A DNA stretch of 64,000 nt from an uncultured Candidatus Saccharibacteria bacterium (GCA_964603545.1 CAZRVD010000003.1:4945-68944), one strand, 5' to 3'. Counted from the stretch's first letter, positions 20,435-29,092 are shown. Notes: generated by a model not told the origin, from the sequence alone. Numbers and translations: made by a program.

Positions 20435-20473
20435 GCCCGCATTATACCACACATTCAATGAAAAAAGCAATGC

Positions 20474-20887
20474 CTATTTTAAGACTTTAATATAGTAGTC
20501 AGAGCTCCCATATAGGGTATACTCTCCACCACTAGTCCTTTCAGCATAAACTTCTGCTTTTTTACCAATATGTTGCTCCACTTCACTAATAGAATCTACT
20601 CCTATAAGATTACCTGCTTCTTGATCAGGCAAAAGCCTACCTCCAGAAACAACGATGATCTCTTTACCATCAACTGTTACACTACAGACGCCATCAAAAA
20701 TACAGTCGAGTTTAACTCCAGTAATATTTCCTACCCATTTCACACCCTTACCACCTACTTCTGTACTAGAACTAGATTCTTGTGAGATTATAAAATTTAC
20801 CAATGGGTCAACCCAATACTTTTGGGTGCTAAGTAATCCCAGACCTATGATTATGAGAATTAAAAGTATTACTTGTATAAATCTCAT
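20474..20887 (-). CDS. Hypothetical membrane-anchored or secreted small protein
   Basis: N-terminal hydrophobic helix MRFIQVILLILIIIGLGLL. Confidence 0.4.
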   Translation of the reverse strand: MRFIQVILLILIIIGLGLLSTQKYWVDPLVNFIISQESSSSTEVGGKGVKWVGNITGVKLDCIFDGVCSVTVDGKEIIVVSGGRLLPDQEAGNLIGVDSISEVEQHIGKKAEVYAERTSGGEYTLYGSSDYYIKVLK

Positions 20888-20906
20888 CCTGTTAATTGAT
20901 TATGGA

Positions 20907-21278
20907 TTATTTTAAGAAAAACAGATATGCACCTACTAGTATAGCAGCAACTCCATAAAATCCGAAAAATCCTCTATATTTTCTAACAATTCCTTCACTT
21001 AATGTCTTAGGAGCAAAAATATAAACTAGTCCCTTGACCAATACGAGCCACGCAAACAAAGTTACTAGTGTTTTCCATGTTCCATCCCAAAGATTATATT
21101 GAATCAAATACATTGATGATAGAAAAACTAATATAACTCCTGTTAGATAAACAGTAGCAGGGTGACCAAAAAAATCATTAAGTAAATGTGGAATACTTTT
21201 TTGTTTGAAAAGTAGAAATAAACCACTAACCACCAAATAAATTGATAGAATTTTTAAAGTTAAAAGTGAGACGTCCAT
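20907..21278 (-). CDS. Hypothetical small integral membrane protein
   Basis: Four predicted hydrophobic helices in 123 aa. Confidence 0.4.
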   Translation of the reverse strand: MDVSLLTLKILSIYLVVSGLFLLFKQKSIPHLLNDFFGHPATVYLTGVILVFLSSMYLIQYNLWDGTWKTLVTLFAWLVLVKGLVYIFAPKTLSEGIVRKYRGFFGFYGVAAILVGAYLFFLK

Positions 21279-21364
21279 ATTTTTTATTTAATTGTAATGA
21301 CTTAATTATAACAAATGTATAAATTTATATGACACTACGCTATCCACTTTCAAAAATTCTAGAA

Positions 21365-21402
21365 AATCACCGACAAAACAAAGCCACGTCGATGCGTGGC
21401 TT
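21365..21402 (-). terminator. Intrinsic terminator of the 21443-21679 foreign gene
   Basis: AAGCCACGtcgatgCGTGGCTT hairpin followed by a T-rich run on the minus strand. Confidence 0.5.
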
Positions 21403-21442
21403 AGATTTCCAAGGGAACCAGTCTTGCCAGTCGTGCCAGGGT

Positions 21443-21679
21443 CTAGACCTGCCGACGACACGGGTCGCCGGAGCAGATGTTTACAAACTTGCATCTGCTA
21501 CAGTCCAGATTTGGGTCTGAAAACCCACCAACTCCATCCCGATTCTCCGTCATTGCGATCGTGCGCCTGTTGGCATCATTGGAGAACATTACTGCCTCTG
21601 ATGATGACATGCCCACCATGGCAAGAACCGAGAACTGCTGTGCGATAGCCTCTCTTATCTGACGTGACTTGAATGCCAT
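21443..21679 (-). CDS. Small G+C-rich foreign protein (~78 aa) with a C-terminal 4-Cys cluster
   Basis: Start chosen at MAFKSRQ because GGGGAGGG SD lies 9 nt upstream. C-terminus CSRCKFVNICSGDPC. Has its own promoter (TTGACA -17- TAGAAT at 21710-21738) and terminator. Confidence 0.4.
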   Translation of the reverse strand: MAFKSRQIREAIAQQFSVLAMVGMSSSEAVMFSNDANRRTIAMTENRDGVGGFSDPNLDCSRCKFVNICSGDPCRRQV

Positions 21680-21733
21680 AACCCTGACCCTCCCCATACA
21701 TCCTTTTTTATTCTATTCCTCCTGTTTAATCTG

Positions 21734-22642
21734 TCAATTTTTTTTAAAAAAAGTTTTGTTTATGTCAAAGTTAAAAATTTTATCTCCCACAATAAAACAT
21801 ATGCGCTGAAGTGGTTTGTAGTTGGAAATAAATTCCGTTTCTTTTATTTTTCCATCCGCATAAATAATTTCATAATTAATTTTTGCTGTATAACCTATTT
21901 GTGGAGTATTTATACATTCGCTTTGACCTTCTTCAAGCTCAGGAATCCATATGTATTTGGTTGGCAAAATATTTTTTATATTTGTTATCTCTGCTTCTGA
22001 AGTACTAGCAACTCTACCATCTTTTGTTCCATATATTTCAAAAATGGCATTTAAATTTTCTGTCCTACCTTTTATCATTATGGGATTCGCTGTGTCGTTT
22101 ACAAATTTAAAGTCTGGGCCAGGGTCAGAATAAGTTGCGTCCAACCCCACATCATACAAGGACACGGTGAAACTATGATTCGCTCGCTCTGTTACAGGTA
22201 GAGCCGAAGCCATTGCCGTCATAAAAAGTAGAGTTGAAACTTGGCAAAGCCCCCCACCAATACCTTTTGTTACTTCTCCATTCAAAAAAATCCTTTCTAC
22301 ACTCCAGCCATCTTCCACAGTTGTTGTACCTAGAGCTTTTTTAAAAGAGAATTCTTCTCCAGGAGCAAGTTTTATACCGTTCATTCTGCTAATACCAAGT
22401 TCTATATTTTTATGTCGTCCCTCTGTTCCTCCGGCATAAGATAGTTGTGCTCGACCCAGTAGGTCTTTACCGATTTCTTCTTCTTTTATGGGGGTTACCG
22501 CAACTTCTGGAATTTTTGTTTCGGTTTTTATTTCTATATTTTGTGGTTTGGGTTTACCAAGAAGTCCAAAAAGAAAAAGGATGAGAAGACAAAAAACCAA
22601 AAAGTATGTGACTGATTTCGTACTATGGTTTTTCGGGTCCAT
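21734..22642 (-). CDS. VanW-family protein
   Basis: GGGLCQVSTLLF motif, N-terminal TM. Confidence 0.7.
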   Translation of the reverse strand: MDPKNHSTKSVTYFLVFCLLILFLFGLLGKPKPQNIEIKTETKIPEVAVTPIKEEEIGKDLLGRAQLSYAGGTEGRHKNIELGISRMNGIKLAPGEEFSFKKALGTTTVEDGWSVERIFLNGEVTKGIGGGLCQVSTLLFMTAMASALPVTERANHSFTVSLYDVGLDATYSDPGPDFKFVNDTANPIMIKGRTENLNAIFEIYGTKDGRVASTSEAEITNIKNILPTKYIWIPELEEGQSECINTPQIGYTAKINYEIIYADGKIKETEFISNYKPLQRICFIVGDKIFNFDINKTFFKKN

Positions 22643-22672
22643 AAATCAAGTATAACAGGGTTGTAGAATTTT

Positions 22673-23740
22673 TTGACTATACCGTACATAGGAGTAACAT
22701 TGTGTAAGATGAAAACTTACTACTCTCTACTCGACGGGGTACGATTCTTTGCAGCTTTTTGGGTAATGAATTTTCACTACTTGTTTAACCAATCAGGAGA
22801 TCTGGAATGGTACAGATATGGTAATCTGGGAGTACAACTCTTTTTTATAATCAGCGGATTTGTTATCGTCCAGTCGTTGCACGGTAAAACACTTAAAGAC
22901 TTTGCTGTGGGACGTTTCCTACGACTCTTTCCACTTTTTTGGATACTTTGTACTGCAACATATTTGATAACACTATTAATCCCAGACACTAGCACAGTAA
23001 GTTTTACAGAATACCTACGAAGCATGACAATGTTCGGAGATTTATTTAATGGTATTGTTGGTTACACTCGATTAATTGACCCTTCATACTGGACACTTAC
23101 AGTAGAACTAATTTTTTACATAGCAATAGGAATTTTCACTTATTTTTTTAGAAGTAAAAATATTAGATACTTTCTAGGATTTTGGTTAGTACTTAGCGGA
23201 ATAGCTTTTGTGCTCAAGATTGATCACAACTTTTTTGTAAAACTTTTTCTAGTTCGACATGCATCATATTTTGCCTTTGGCGGTGCGCTAGCACTTCTTG
23301 CGACAAAACAAGCTGAAAATATTTATGAAAGATATATAGATTGGTCTCTGCTTTTTATTAGTAGTATTTACGCAACAATCATTCATCCTAGAGCATTAGA
23401 ACCCTACTACACCATTAATCCCCTCGACACAAATATTATTACAATTTTACACATTATATTTTTTGTCTTGGTTCCAGTTCTTGTTTATTCATCATCTAAA
23501 GTAAAAAATATAAAAACTATTCACCTCCTTTCTATTTTAGGTGGTATTACTTATCCTCTATATCTTCTCCATCAGAAAATCGGTAACGCTTTAATCAATT
23601 TTATTATTTCTAAAAATCAAAACTTTTCCTGGAATCATGTTTCAATAGGTTTTGAGGTGGTTATTATATTTATAGCTTATTTTGCTTATATTCAGGATAA
23701 AAAACTACGAATCTGGTTAAAAGAAAAATATTTTAAGTAA
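22673..23740 (+). CDS. Acyltransferase family 3 (OafA-like) integral membrane protein
   Basis: LDGVRFFAAFWVMNFHY start of the acyltransferase_3 fold; polytopic. True start may be the Met at 22709. Confidence 0.65.
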   Translation: MTIPYIGVTLCKMKTYYSLLDGVRFFAAFWVMNFHYLFNQSGDLEWYRYGNLGVQLFFIISGFVIVQSLHGKTLKDFAVGRFLRLFPLFWILCTATYLITLLIPDTSTVSFTEYLRSMTMFGDLFNGIVGYTRLIDPSYWTLTVELIFYIAIGIFTYFFRSKNIRYFLGFWLVLSGIAFVLKIDHNFFVKLFLVRHASYFAFGGALALLATKQAENIYERYIDWSLLFISSIYATIIHPRALEPYYTINPLDTNIITILHIIFFVLVPVLVYSSSKVKNIKTIHLLSILGGITYPLYLLHQKIGNALINFIISKNQNFSWNHVSIGFEVVIIFIAYFAYIQDKKLRIWLKEKYFK

Positions 23741-23770
23741 ACAAACAAATGAATTCCTATTGCTTAAACC

Positions 23771-24949
23771 CTACTGGGTAGAAAAGCATTCCTTTTGACC
23801 TAAATCTTTTTTGGTTAATGTTGAAAGATTAACTGTTATTTTTGACATTATTACTGCACCTAGACCATCAGCGGTATATTCACTAAGAGATGGACAATTT
23901 TTAGTGGTTACTTTTTCACTAGTTACTGATAAATATGTGATGTTATCACCTATTTGTGTTACGGGTCCTCTATACAAATCAGTAAAAACTTTCTTACGAG
24001 AGTTTAAATCATAAACTATCAACTCCCTAGGTGGAGGTGCTGTTCCACTATCCAACAGAAGAAAATTATCAGTAAAAGCTAGAAAATATTCTGCTGAAAC
24101 ATTTTTTAATTCAAAATCTTCATTTTCAACTTTATAAACACAAGGCATAATCTGATTTAGATTTGTTTTGTATTTAATTAAAATATCTGAACCTACTGAA
24201 TCAGTTAAACTTTTTTCTATAACAAAGTACTTTGGTGAATCGTGACACTCTAAACTAGCAGAAACACTTTGAACCTTATTATTTTTTATATAAACAGTTT
24301 GTTTTACTCTTTCTTCACCGCGTTCAAACATAATGTCATATGATCCAAATTCTTCATATGAGTTAAAGGAAACAACGGTCAGAGCGTAACTGCGACCAAT
24401 ATAATTAACTGCCATTTTTGCAGCTTTCATAATATCTGGAGTCATATCAAAAGCACGAATACAAGCACCAACATCTTTACTGAATGCATATCCAGCAGAA
24501 ATAAGACATCCTTCACTATCCCTATCACCCCCGATAACATTAGCTTTTTTTATAATAAACTGCTCGCTCTCTCCTGAAATCGGATTTGTGATTGGAATAG
24601 ATGCGTAACTAGTTATATCTAAAATATAGTTTCCTTCCGGATACATATTAGATACTGTCCACTCATGGCTCCCTGTGTTTGGAAGATTTATAAAAATTAT
24701 TGGGTCAAATTCTTGTCCTTCTTCTTGTAATGGTGGCGGGGGTATTCTTCTTATTGATACGGAAATCTTATATGATTCCGGAATATTTTTTGTTTCCCAT
24801 TCTATTTTTTGAATTGAACCAATGACTACAACATCTCCAGTTTTTGGAGAAAGAACTTTAACACTTTGGTCATTGTTATTTTTTAATACATAAATCAAAC
24901 CATAAATAGTAATAGCTAAGACGATGATAAAAATTAGAGCTTTTTTCAT
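23771..24949 (-). CDS. Secreted or membrane-anchored hypothetical protein
   Basis: N-terminal signal anchor MKKALIFIIVLAITIYGLIYVL. Confidence 0.45.
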   Translation of the reverse strand: MKKALIFIIVLAITIYGLIYVLKNNNDQSVKVLSPKTGDVVVIGSIQKIEWETKNIPESYKISVSIRRIPPPPLQEEGQEFDPIIFINLPNTGSHEWTVSNMYPEGNYILDITSYASIPITNPISGESEQFIIKKANVIGGDRDSEGCLISAGYAFSKDVGACIRAFDMTPDIMKAAKMAVNYIGRSYALTVVSFNSYEEFGSYDIMFERGEERVKQTVYIKNNKVQSVSASLECHDSPKYFVIEKSLTDSVGSDILIKYKTNLNQIMPCVYKVENEDFELKNVSAEYFLAFTDNFLLLDSGTAPPPRELIVYDLNSRKKVFTDLYRGPVTQIGDNITYLSVTSEKVTTKNCPSLSEYTADGLGAVIMSKITVNLSTLTKKDLGQKECFSTQ

Positions 24950-25092
24950 AACTACATTTTACCATTATTAACTTGAAATGGCTTAATTAAGAGAATTGGG
25001 TGTTTGAGGGATTAAATTTATATAAAGACGAAGACCGCTGGGCGAACCATGCGGTCTTAACGAGTGAGAGTCTGAACTAGGAGAGACTCAGG

Positions 25093-25350
25093 ATGGCCGT
25101 TGCGAACGCATACGAAGTTCGCAACGTTGTCTCGTCATCCATTGTTCCGTTTGCCATTGCATCTGCAGTTTCGCTGCCGAGACATGCACGGAAAAAACCA
25201 GGCTCCGCCGCCTTCTCTCTCAACCAAGCGACAATCTCGCTTTTAACCATCGGCTTCTCCTCCTCTGATTATCAGAATATCATGTTAATCGGATTTGTCA
25301 AGTTTGTGGACCATAGGACTCTTCCTTCATTCTGTTTCGCCGTCGCTTAA
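25093..25350 (+). CDS. Doubtful small ORF in a G+C-rich, hairpin-dense region; may be non-coding
   Basis: AGGAGA sits 10 nt upstream of the ATG. But the reading frame contains perfect palindromes (GTTGCGAACgcatacgaaGTTCGCAAC). Confidence 0.2.
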   Translation: MAVANAYEVRNVVSSSIVPFAIASAVSLPRHARKKPGSAAFSLNQATISLLTIGFSSSDYQNIMLIGFVKFVDHRTLPSFCFAVA

Positions 25351-25481
25351 CAGAATTCAGGACGCAGATTCACGACAAGCGCTACTGCGCTCGTAAACCG
25401 TGAATCTGTTCGAGTCCTGACGTAAAGCTTTGCTTTACTTCGGGTCCACAACGAAAAAAGCGCCTCTCGGCGTTTTCGTTG

Positions 25482-25554
25482 TGGACCCGACAGGACTCGA
25501 ACCTGCCACCCCATCATTGCAAATGATGTGCTCTACCAGATGAGCTACGGGCCC
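25482..25554 (-). tRNA. tRNA-Ala (anticodon UGC)
   Basis: Reverse complement GGGCCCGTAGCTCATCTGGTAGAGCACATCATTTGCAATGATGGGGTGGCAGGTTCGAGTCCTGTCGGGTCCA. Cloverleaf folds, anticodon loop TTTGCAA, G3:U70 Ala identity pair, 73 nt, CCA not encoded. Confidence 0.85.
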
Positions 25555-25761
25555 ATTATGCCTAAGTAAATTAAACTGCTTTAATTTACTTTGGACTTAT
25601 GGGAGCCAGAGACATGTTTCGCTACCAAGCTAAACAGTCGAGGCGGGGTCGCGGAATTCTGCGAACGACGGTGAGCAAAATATCTGTGACCTAATGAAGA
25701 TTACCAAAATTATTTACAAAATTCAAGCGGGCACTTCGCGTGCCCGCTCGTGTGAGCTGTA

Positions 25762-26019
25762 CTACTTCTTTCGCTTGAGCTCGGCCAGTTCGTGTGAGGT
25801 CTCGTTCAACTGCGCACGAAGAGAAGCGATGAGCTTCACGGCTTCACTATTCTCCTTAAGGAGTCTTTTCAGCTCATCTTTGTGCTCGTTCCGCTTTGCA
25901 AAGTACTCACGAGCCTGGAAATTCCTGTTGTTCACTAAGGTTTGAACCTGTCGTTTGGTACGAGACTTGCGGTCTTTACGCGGTGGAAGTTCCTCGAGTC
26001 TTTTTCTGGTTTTGCCCAT
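25762..26019 (-). CDS. Small basic coiled-coil protein (85 aa), G+C-rich foreign
   Basis: GGAGGA SD 9 nt upstream. K/R/E-rich heptad-like sequence. GCGGGCACttcgCGTGCCCGC terminator at 25728-25755. Confidence 0.45.
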   Translation of the reverse strand: MGKTRKRLEELPPRKDRKSRTKRQVQTLVNNRNFQAREYFAKRNEHKDELKRLLKENSEAVKLIASLRAQLNETSHELAELKRKK

Positions 26020-26113
26020 CAGCGTTATCCTCCGTCTGGTAGATAGCTTATTGGTTTAAGACAGACTAGTCAACTTTGGTTAAAATTTCTTTCATTTACA
26101 AATAACAATAATA

Positions 26114-26584
26114 ATGCTTTTATATTATGCGGAAATGGAGGTGGGTGTGGAAATCGATGCGACGATACTGATGACCAGGCAAGTTCGACTGGAAGCCAGG
26201 ATGAGACAAAATGACATCACCAGGCAAACCATCAACAAGGTTCGAAGGGTAATGGAGGAAAGGGGCTACCGTCCCGTGACTGGAGCAGACCTGATTCCCA
26301 ACCAGGAAGCTGTCCAGATTGAAATTAGCACCTGGTTCGAAGAGGGTCGACTCATGGGTGAATTTGGGGTTGCCCCAGGGACTACCATCGTGACACTCAG
26401 TGACCCACCGGTCAGAAAAATAACTGCTCCCGGGAAGTCGACCAACATGGTCTTCTTTCGTTGCGTGAAGCCAGAAAGCTCAATCGAAATGAGCATGCCG
26501 GCATACGAATTCATTCAGGAACAGTTCCAAACACGAGACCCCCAGGGTCACACCAACCTCGCCAGATACTTCGTCAAGATATGA
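26114..26584 (+). CDS. Hypothetical protein (up to 156 aa), G+C-rich foreign
   Basis: GGAGG SD before an in-frame GTG at 26147 suggests a slightly shorter product. No recognisable motif. Confidence 0.4.
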   Translation: MLLYYAEMEVGVEIDATILMTRQVRLEARMRQNDITRQTINKVRRVMEERGYRPVTGADLIPNQEAVQIEISTWFEEGRLMGEFGVAPGTTIVTLSDPPVRKITAPGKSTNMVFFRCVKPESSIEMSMPAYEFIQEQFQTRDPQGHTNLARYFVKI

Positions 26585-26663
26585 AGGAGGGCGATGAAAG
26601 CAAAACGAGCTACGACAAGGAGGAGCTACGGCACTCTCCGGTCGGGCTCTTTCTTTTATAAAA

Positions 26664-27665
26664 TTATCTACTATTTAGAGAAAGTAAAAGTACGTGGTGG
26701 AGAAAATCTTTTACAGACGAGCCGACAGACTTAAGTGCAAGCGGAAAAAGAGAATTTTTTGCCATACCCGGAAGAGTATTAACTTCTAGAAAATAAACTC
26801 CCCTCTTTGGTGAGACAATAAAATCTGATCTTGAATAGTGTCGTAGTCCCAAGTGGTCATGAACTAGTGTGGCAAGAGCTTCCATTTCTCTTTTTTCTTT
26901 TGCTGTAAAATTTCCAGGACAAATTTCCTGACTTTCGCCATTGTATTTTGAATTGTAATCCCAAAAATCTGTATCTTTTTCTTTGTTAGAATTCTCACCT
27001 TTGTATCTTATTTCCACAGGAGGTAGAGAATATGTTTTACTGTTTCTAAAATTTTCTATCACTCCCACAGTTGCTTCTTTTCCAACAATAAACTCCTCAA
27101 CCAAAGCGTCCGACTGCAAAGATAAAACCTCATAAAGTGCATTATAAAAATCAACATAGGTGTTTACTATTTTTATTCCAAGAGAAGACCCGCCTTGAGT
27201 AGGTTTTACAACAAGTGGTCCTGGGATTGAATTGAAAATTTCTTTTGATTTAGCCTTTAAATCATCAGTCTGTCTTACTAATGCATATGTTGGAGTTTTT
27301 ATTCCAAAATTTTTTAAATGTTCCTTTGTTAGCCATTTATTCATAGCAAGAGCTGATGAATACTTGCCAGAACCGTTATGTTTCACCCCGTGATGAGCTA
27401 GAAGTTCTTGTAGTTTTCCGTCTTCACCATACTGCCCATGTAAAGCGTTCCAAACAACATCTACATTTTTTAAAATTTTCTCTGGTGACTTTTCTACTCC
27501 ATGCATGTGCCAAGACCCATCTTTTGAAATAAAAATGTCTATTGGTCTATGAGTTTCAGAAAGTAGTTCTAGAACATGGGCACCGCCAAGTAGAGATACT
27601 TCGTACTCGTTTGATGGTCCTCCACGTATCACCCCAATTCTAAGTGAGTCTGGTAATGTTTGCAT
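26664..27665 (-). CDS. ddl: D-alanine--D-alanine ligase
   Basis: ATP-grasp signature EEFIVGKEATVGVI, typical N-terminal domain, 333 aa. Confidence 0.9.
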   Translation of the reverse strand: MQTLPDSLRIGVIRGGPSNEYEVSLLGGAHVLELLSETHRPIDIFISKDGSWHMHGVEKSPEKILKNVDVVWNALHGQYGEDGKLQELLAHHGVKHNGSGKYSSALAMNKWLTKEHLKNFGIKTPTYALVRQTDDLKAKSKEIFNSIPGPLVVKPTQGGSSLGIKIVNTYVDFYNALYEVLSLQSDALVEEFIVGKEATVGVIENFRNSKTYSLPPVEIRYKGENSNKEKDTDFWDYNSKYNGESQEICPGNFTAKEKREMEALATLVHDHLGLRHYSRSDFIVSPKRGVYFLEVNTLPGMAKNSLFPLALKSVGSSVKDFLHHVLLLSLNSR

Positions 27666-27683
27666 TTATATATTATACACAAA

Positions 27684-28922
27684 CTATATCTTATTCCTTA
27701 GTAATTTGTGGAAACCAACCGCGTATCTATGTGCCTCAGCATTTGAAAGAAGTATTTCCCTTTCATATTTCAACCATTTTTTATCTCCCAATATTTCTTT
27801 CGCTCTGTGCCTCTCATCTTTTACAACAGAAACTATGGGAATATCTAGATTGTGTTCTTTTAAGACTCTTTCCATTACTCTCTTTTGCGCGACTCCCCCG
27901 TCTACAACGACAAGATCTGGAAATCTCCACTCTATATGTCCAAGTCTACGCGAAAGCACTTCACTTAATGCTTTTGTATCGTTTACTCCAGGACTTTCTT
28001 TGATTTTAAATTTTCTATAATCAGATTTTTTTATTTCTCCATCTTCCACCACAGTCATCACTCCAACAACATTTTCCCCAGACATATGAGCAATATCATA
28101 TGACTCAATTCGAAAACTGTGCAACATCGGATGTTGCACAAGTTTGCCTTCTTCTTTTATTAAAGACACATCCTGGATATGATTTAAAGTAAATAATGTA
28201 CGTTTAGTAATGTTTGCCTCCTCAAACTTTTTTTCTTTCGCGAAACTTCGCATTTGTTTCTCAAGGTTTTTCACTAGTTTCTTTTTATCTCCTTCAAAAA
28301 ACAGTTTTATGTTTTCAATTTGCTTCACATAATTCTCTTTTGAAATTTCACCAGTACAAACTCCAGGACAAAGTCCTATCTGGCGGTTGAAGCAAGGCTT
28401 ACCTGTGTTTGGTTCACATTTGTCACGAAAAGGAAACATTTTACGAACAATTTTCAAGGCTTCTTTTAATTGTGTTCCGTTTGGAAAAGGTCCAAATGAA
28501 TATGATATTTCATATTTTTCATCCTTAAGAAAATGCGAGTTTAAAAGTTCTCTACCACGTAGAATCAAAACTCTAGGAAATTCCTCATTTGTGACAGCAA
28601 CAAAGTTAAAACTTTTGTTGTCTTTCTCTTTTAAATTAGCCTCGGGTTGATATTTTTTTATCAAATGAGCTTCTAAAACAAGAGCCTCCAATACTGAGTC
28701 TGTTTTTGTAAAATTGATTGTACTAAACCCTCTCAACATTTTAGAAATAAGTGGTGAGCGCGTATTTACAATATCTTTATTGAAATAGCTTTTAACTCGA
28801 TCTTTTAGTGAAGTGGCTTTGCCTATATACAATATCTTTCCTTTTTTATTCAAGAAAAAATACACCCCAGGTGAATCTGGCAGTTTAGCTAAAATTTTCT
28901 TTGACGTTTGACTTTTCTTCAT
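27684..28922 (-). CDS. uvrC: Excinuclease ABC subunit C, short form (GIY-YIG + UvrBC-interaction + RNase-H-like endonuclease; no C-terminal HhH2)
   Basis: GVYFFLNKKGKILYIGKATSLKDRVKSYF GIY-YIG N-terminus. Start taken at MKKSQTSKK (ATG 28922) with TATAAT just upstream. The longer ORF to 29069 runs into G+C-rich foreign DNA. Confidence 0.85.
   Translation of the reverse strand: MKKSQTSKKILAKLPDSPGVYFFLNKKGKILYIGKATSLKDRVKSYFNKDIVNTRSPLISKMLRGFSTINFTKTDSVLEALVLEAHLIKKYQPEANLKEKDNKSFNFVAVTNEEFPRVLILRGRELLNSHFLKDEKYEISYSFGPFPNGTQLKEALKIVRKMFPFRDKCEPNTGKPCFNRQIGLCPGVCTGEISKENYVKQIENIKLFFEGDKKKLVKNLEKQMRSFAKEKKFEEANITKRTLFTLNHIQDVSLIKEEGKLVQHPMLHSFRIESYDIAHMSGENVVGVMTVVEDGEIKKSDYRKFKIKESPGVNDTKALSEVLSRRLGHIEWRFPDLVVVDGGVAQKRVMERVLKEHNLDIPIVSVVKDERHRAKEILGDKKWLKYEREILLSNAEAHRYAVGFHKLLRNKI
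28118..28140. repeat. 23-bp palindrome TGTGCAACATCGGATGTTGCACA, copy a (inside the uvrC CDS, in frame, encoding VQHPMLH)
   Basis: Exact identity with 57258-57280 and 59618-59640. Confidence 0.8.
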
Positions 28923-28957
28923 TTTATCATCATCATTATACACGGAGGGAAGGTGAA

Positions 28958-29092
28958 TGCACCTACAAACCAATTTGGCGTTTTGGGTTCTCGTCGGTGG
29001 TCTTGGACTTCTCATCATCTGGAAGAGACACAGGTTGATGGACAGGATTCTTGACGTGATGGACAGCATAGACGAAATACTTGGGTGGTGAC
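28958..29092 (+). CDS. Small hydrophobic peptide (44 aa, single TM), G+C-rich foreign
   Basis: GGAGGGAAGG SD then ATG. MHLQTNLAFWVLVGGLGLLIIWKRHRLMDRILDVMDSIDEILGW. Below the 60-aa cutoff of the ORF track. Confidence 0.4.

Noticed and set aside
19940-20450. Assignment of the ~500-nt ORF-free unit to RNase P RNA or tmRNA
   Set aside because: I could not find the P4 pairing (AAGUCCGG / CCGGCUU with bulged U), the P15 GGU-binding loop or the ACAGAA motif. Nor could I find a tmRNA tRNA-like T-arm/CCA end or a plausible ...AA-stop tag frame. The partial AGGAAA..UCC..CAUAG resemblance is insufficient. Left as class unknown.
28118-28140. Interpreting the uvrC-internal palindrome as an insertion that disrupts or splits uvrC
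   Set aside because: The 23-mer is not a multiple of three, yet the frame is continuous. The encoded LVQHPMLHS sits where UvrC homologues have a comparable segment before the ...ESYDIAH motif. So uvrC is intact; only the nucleotide identity with two intergenic sites is anomalous.
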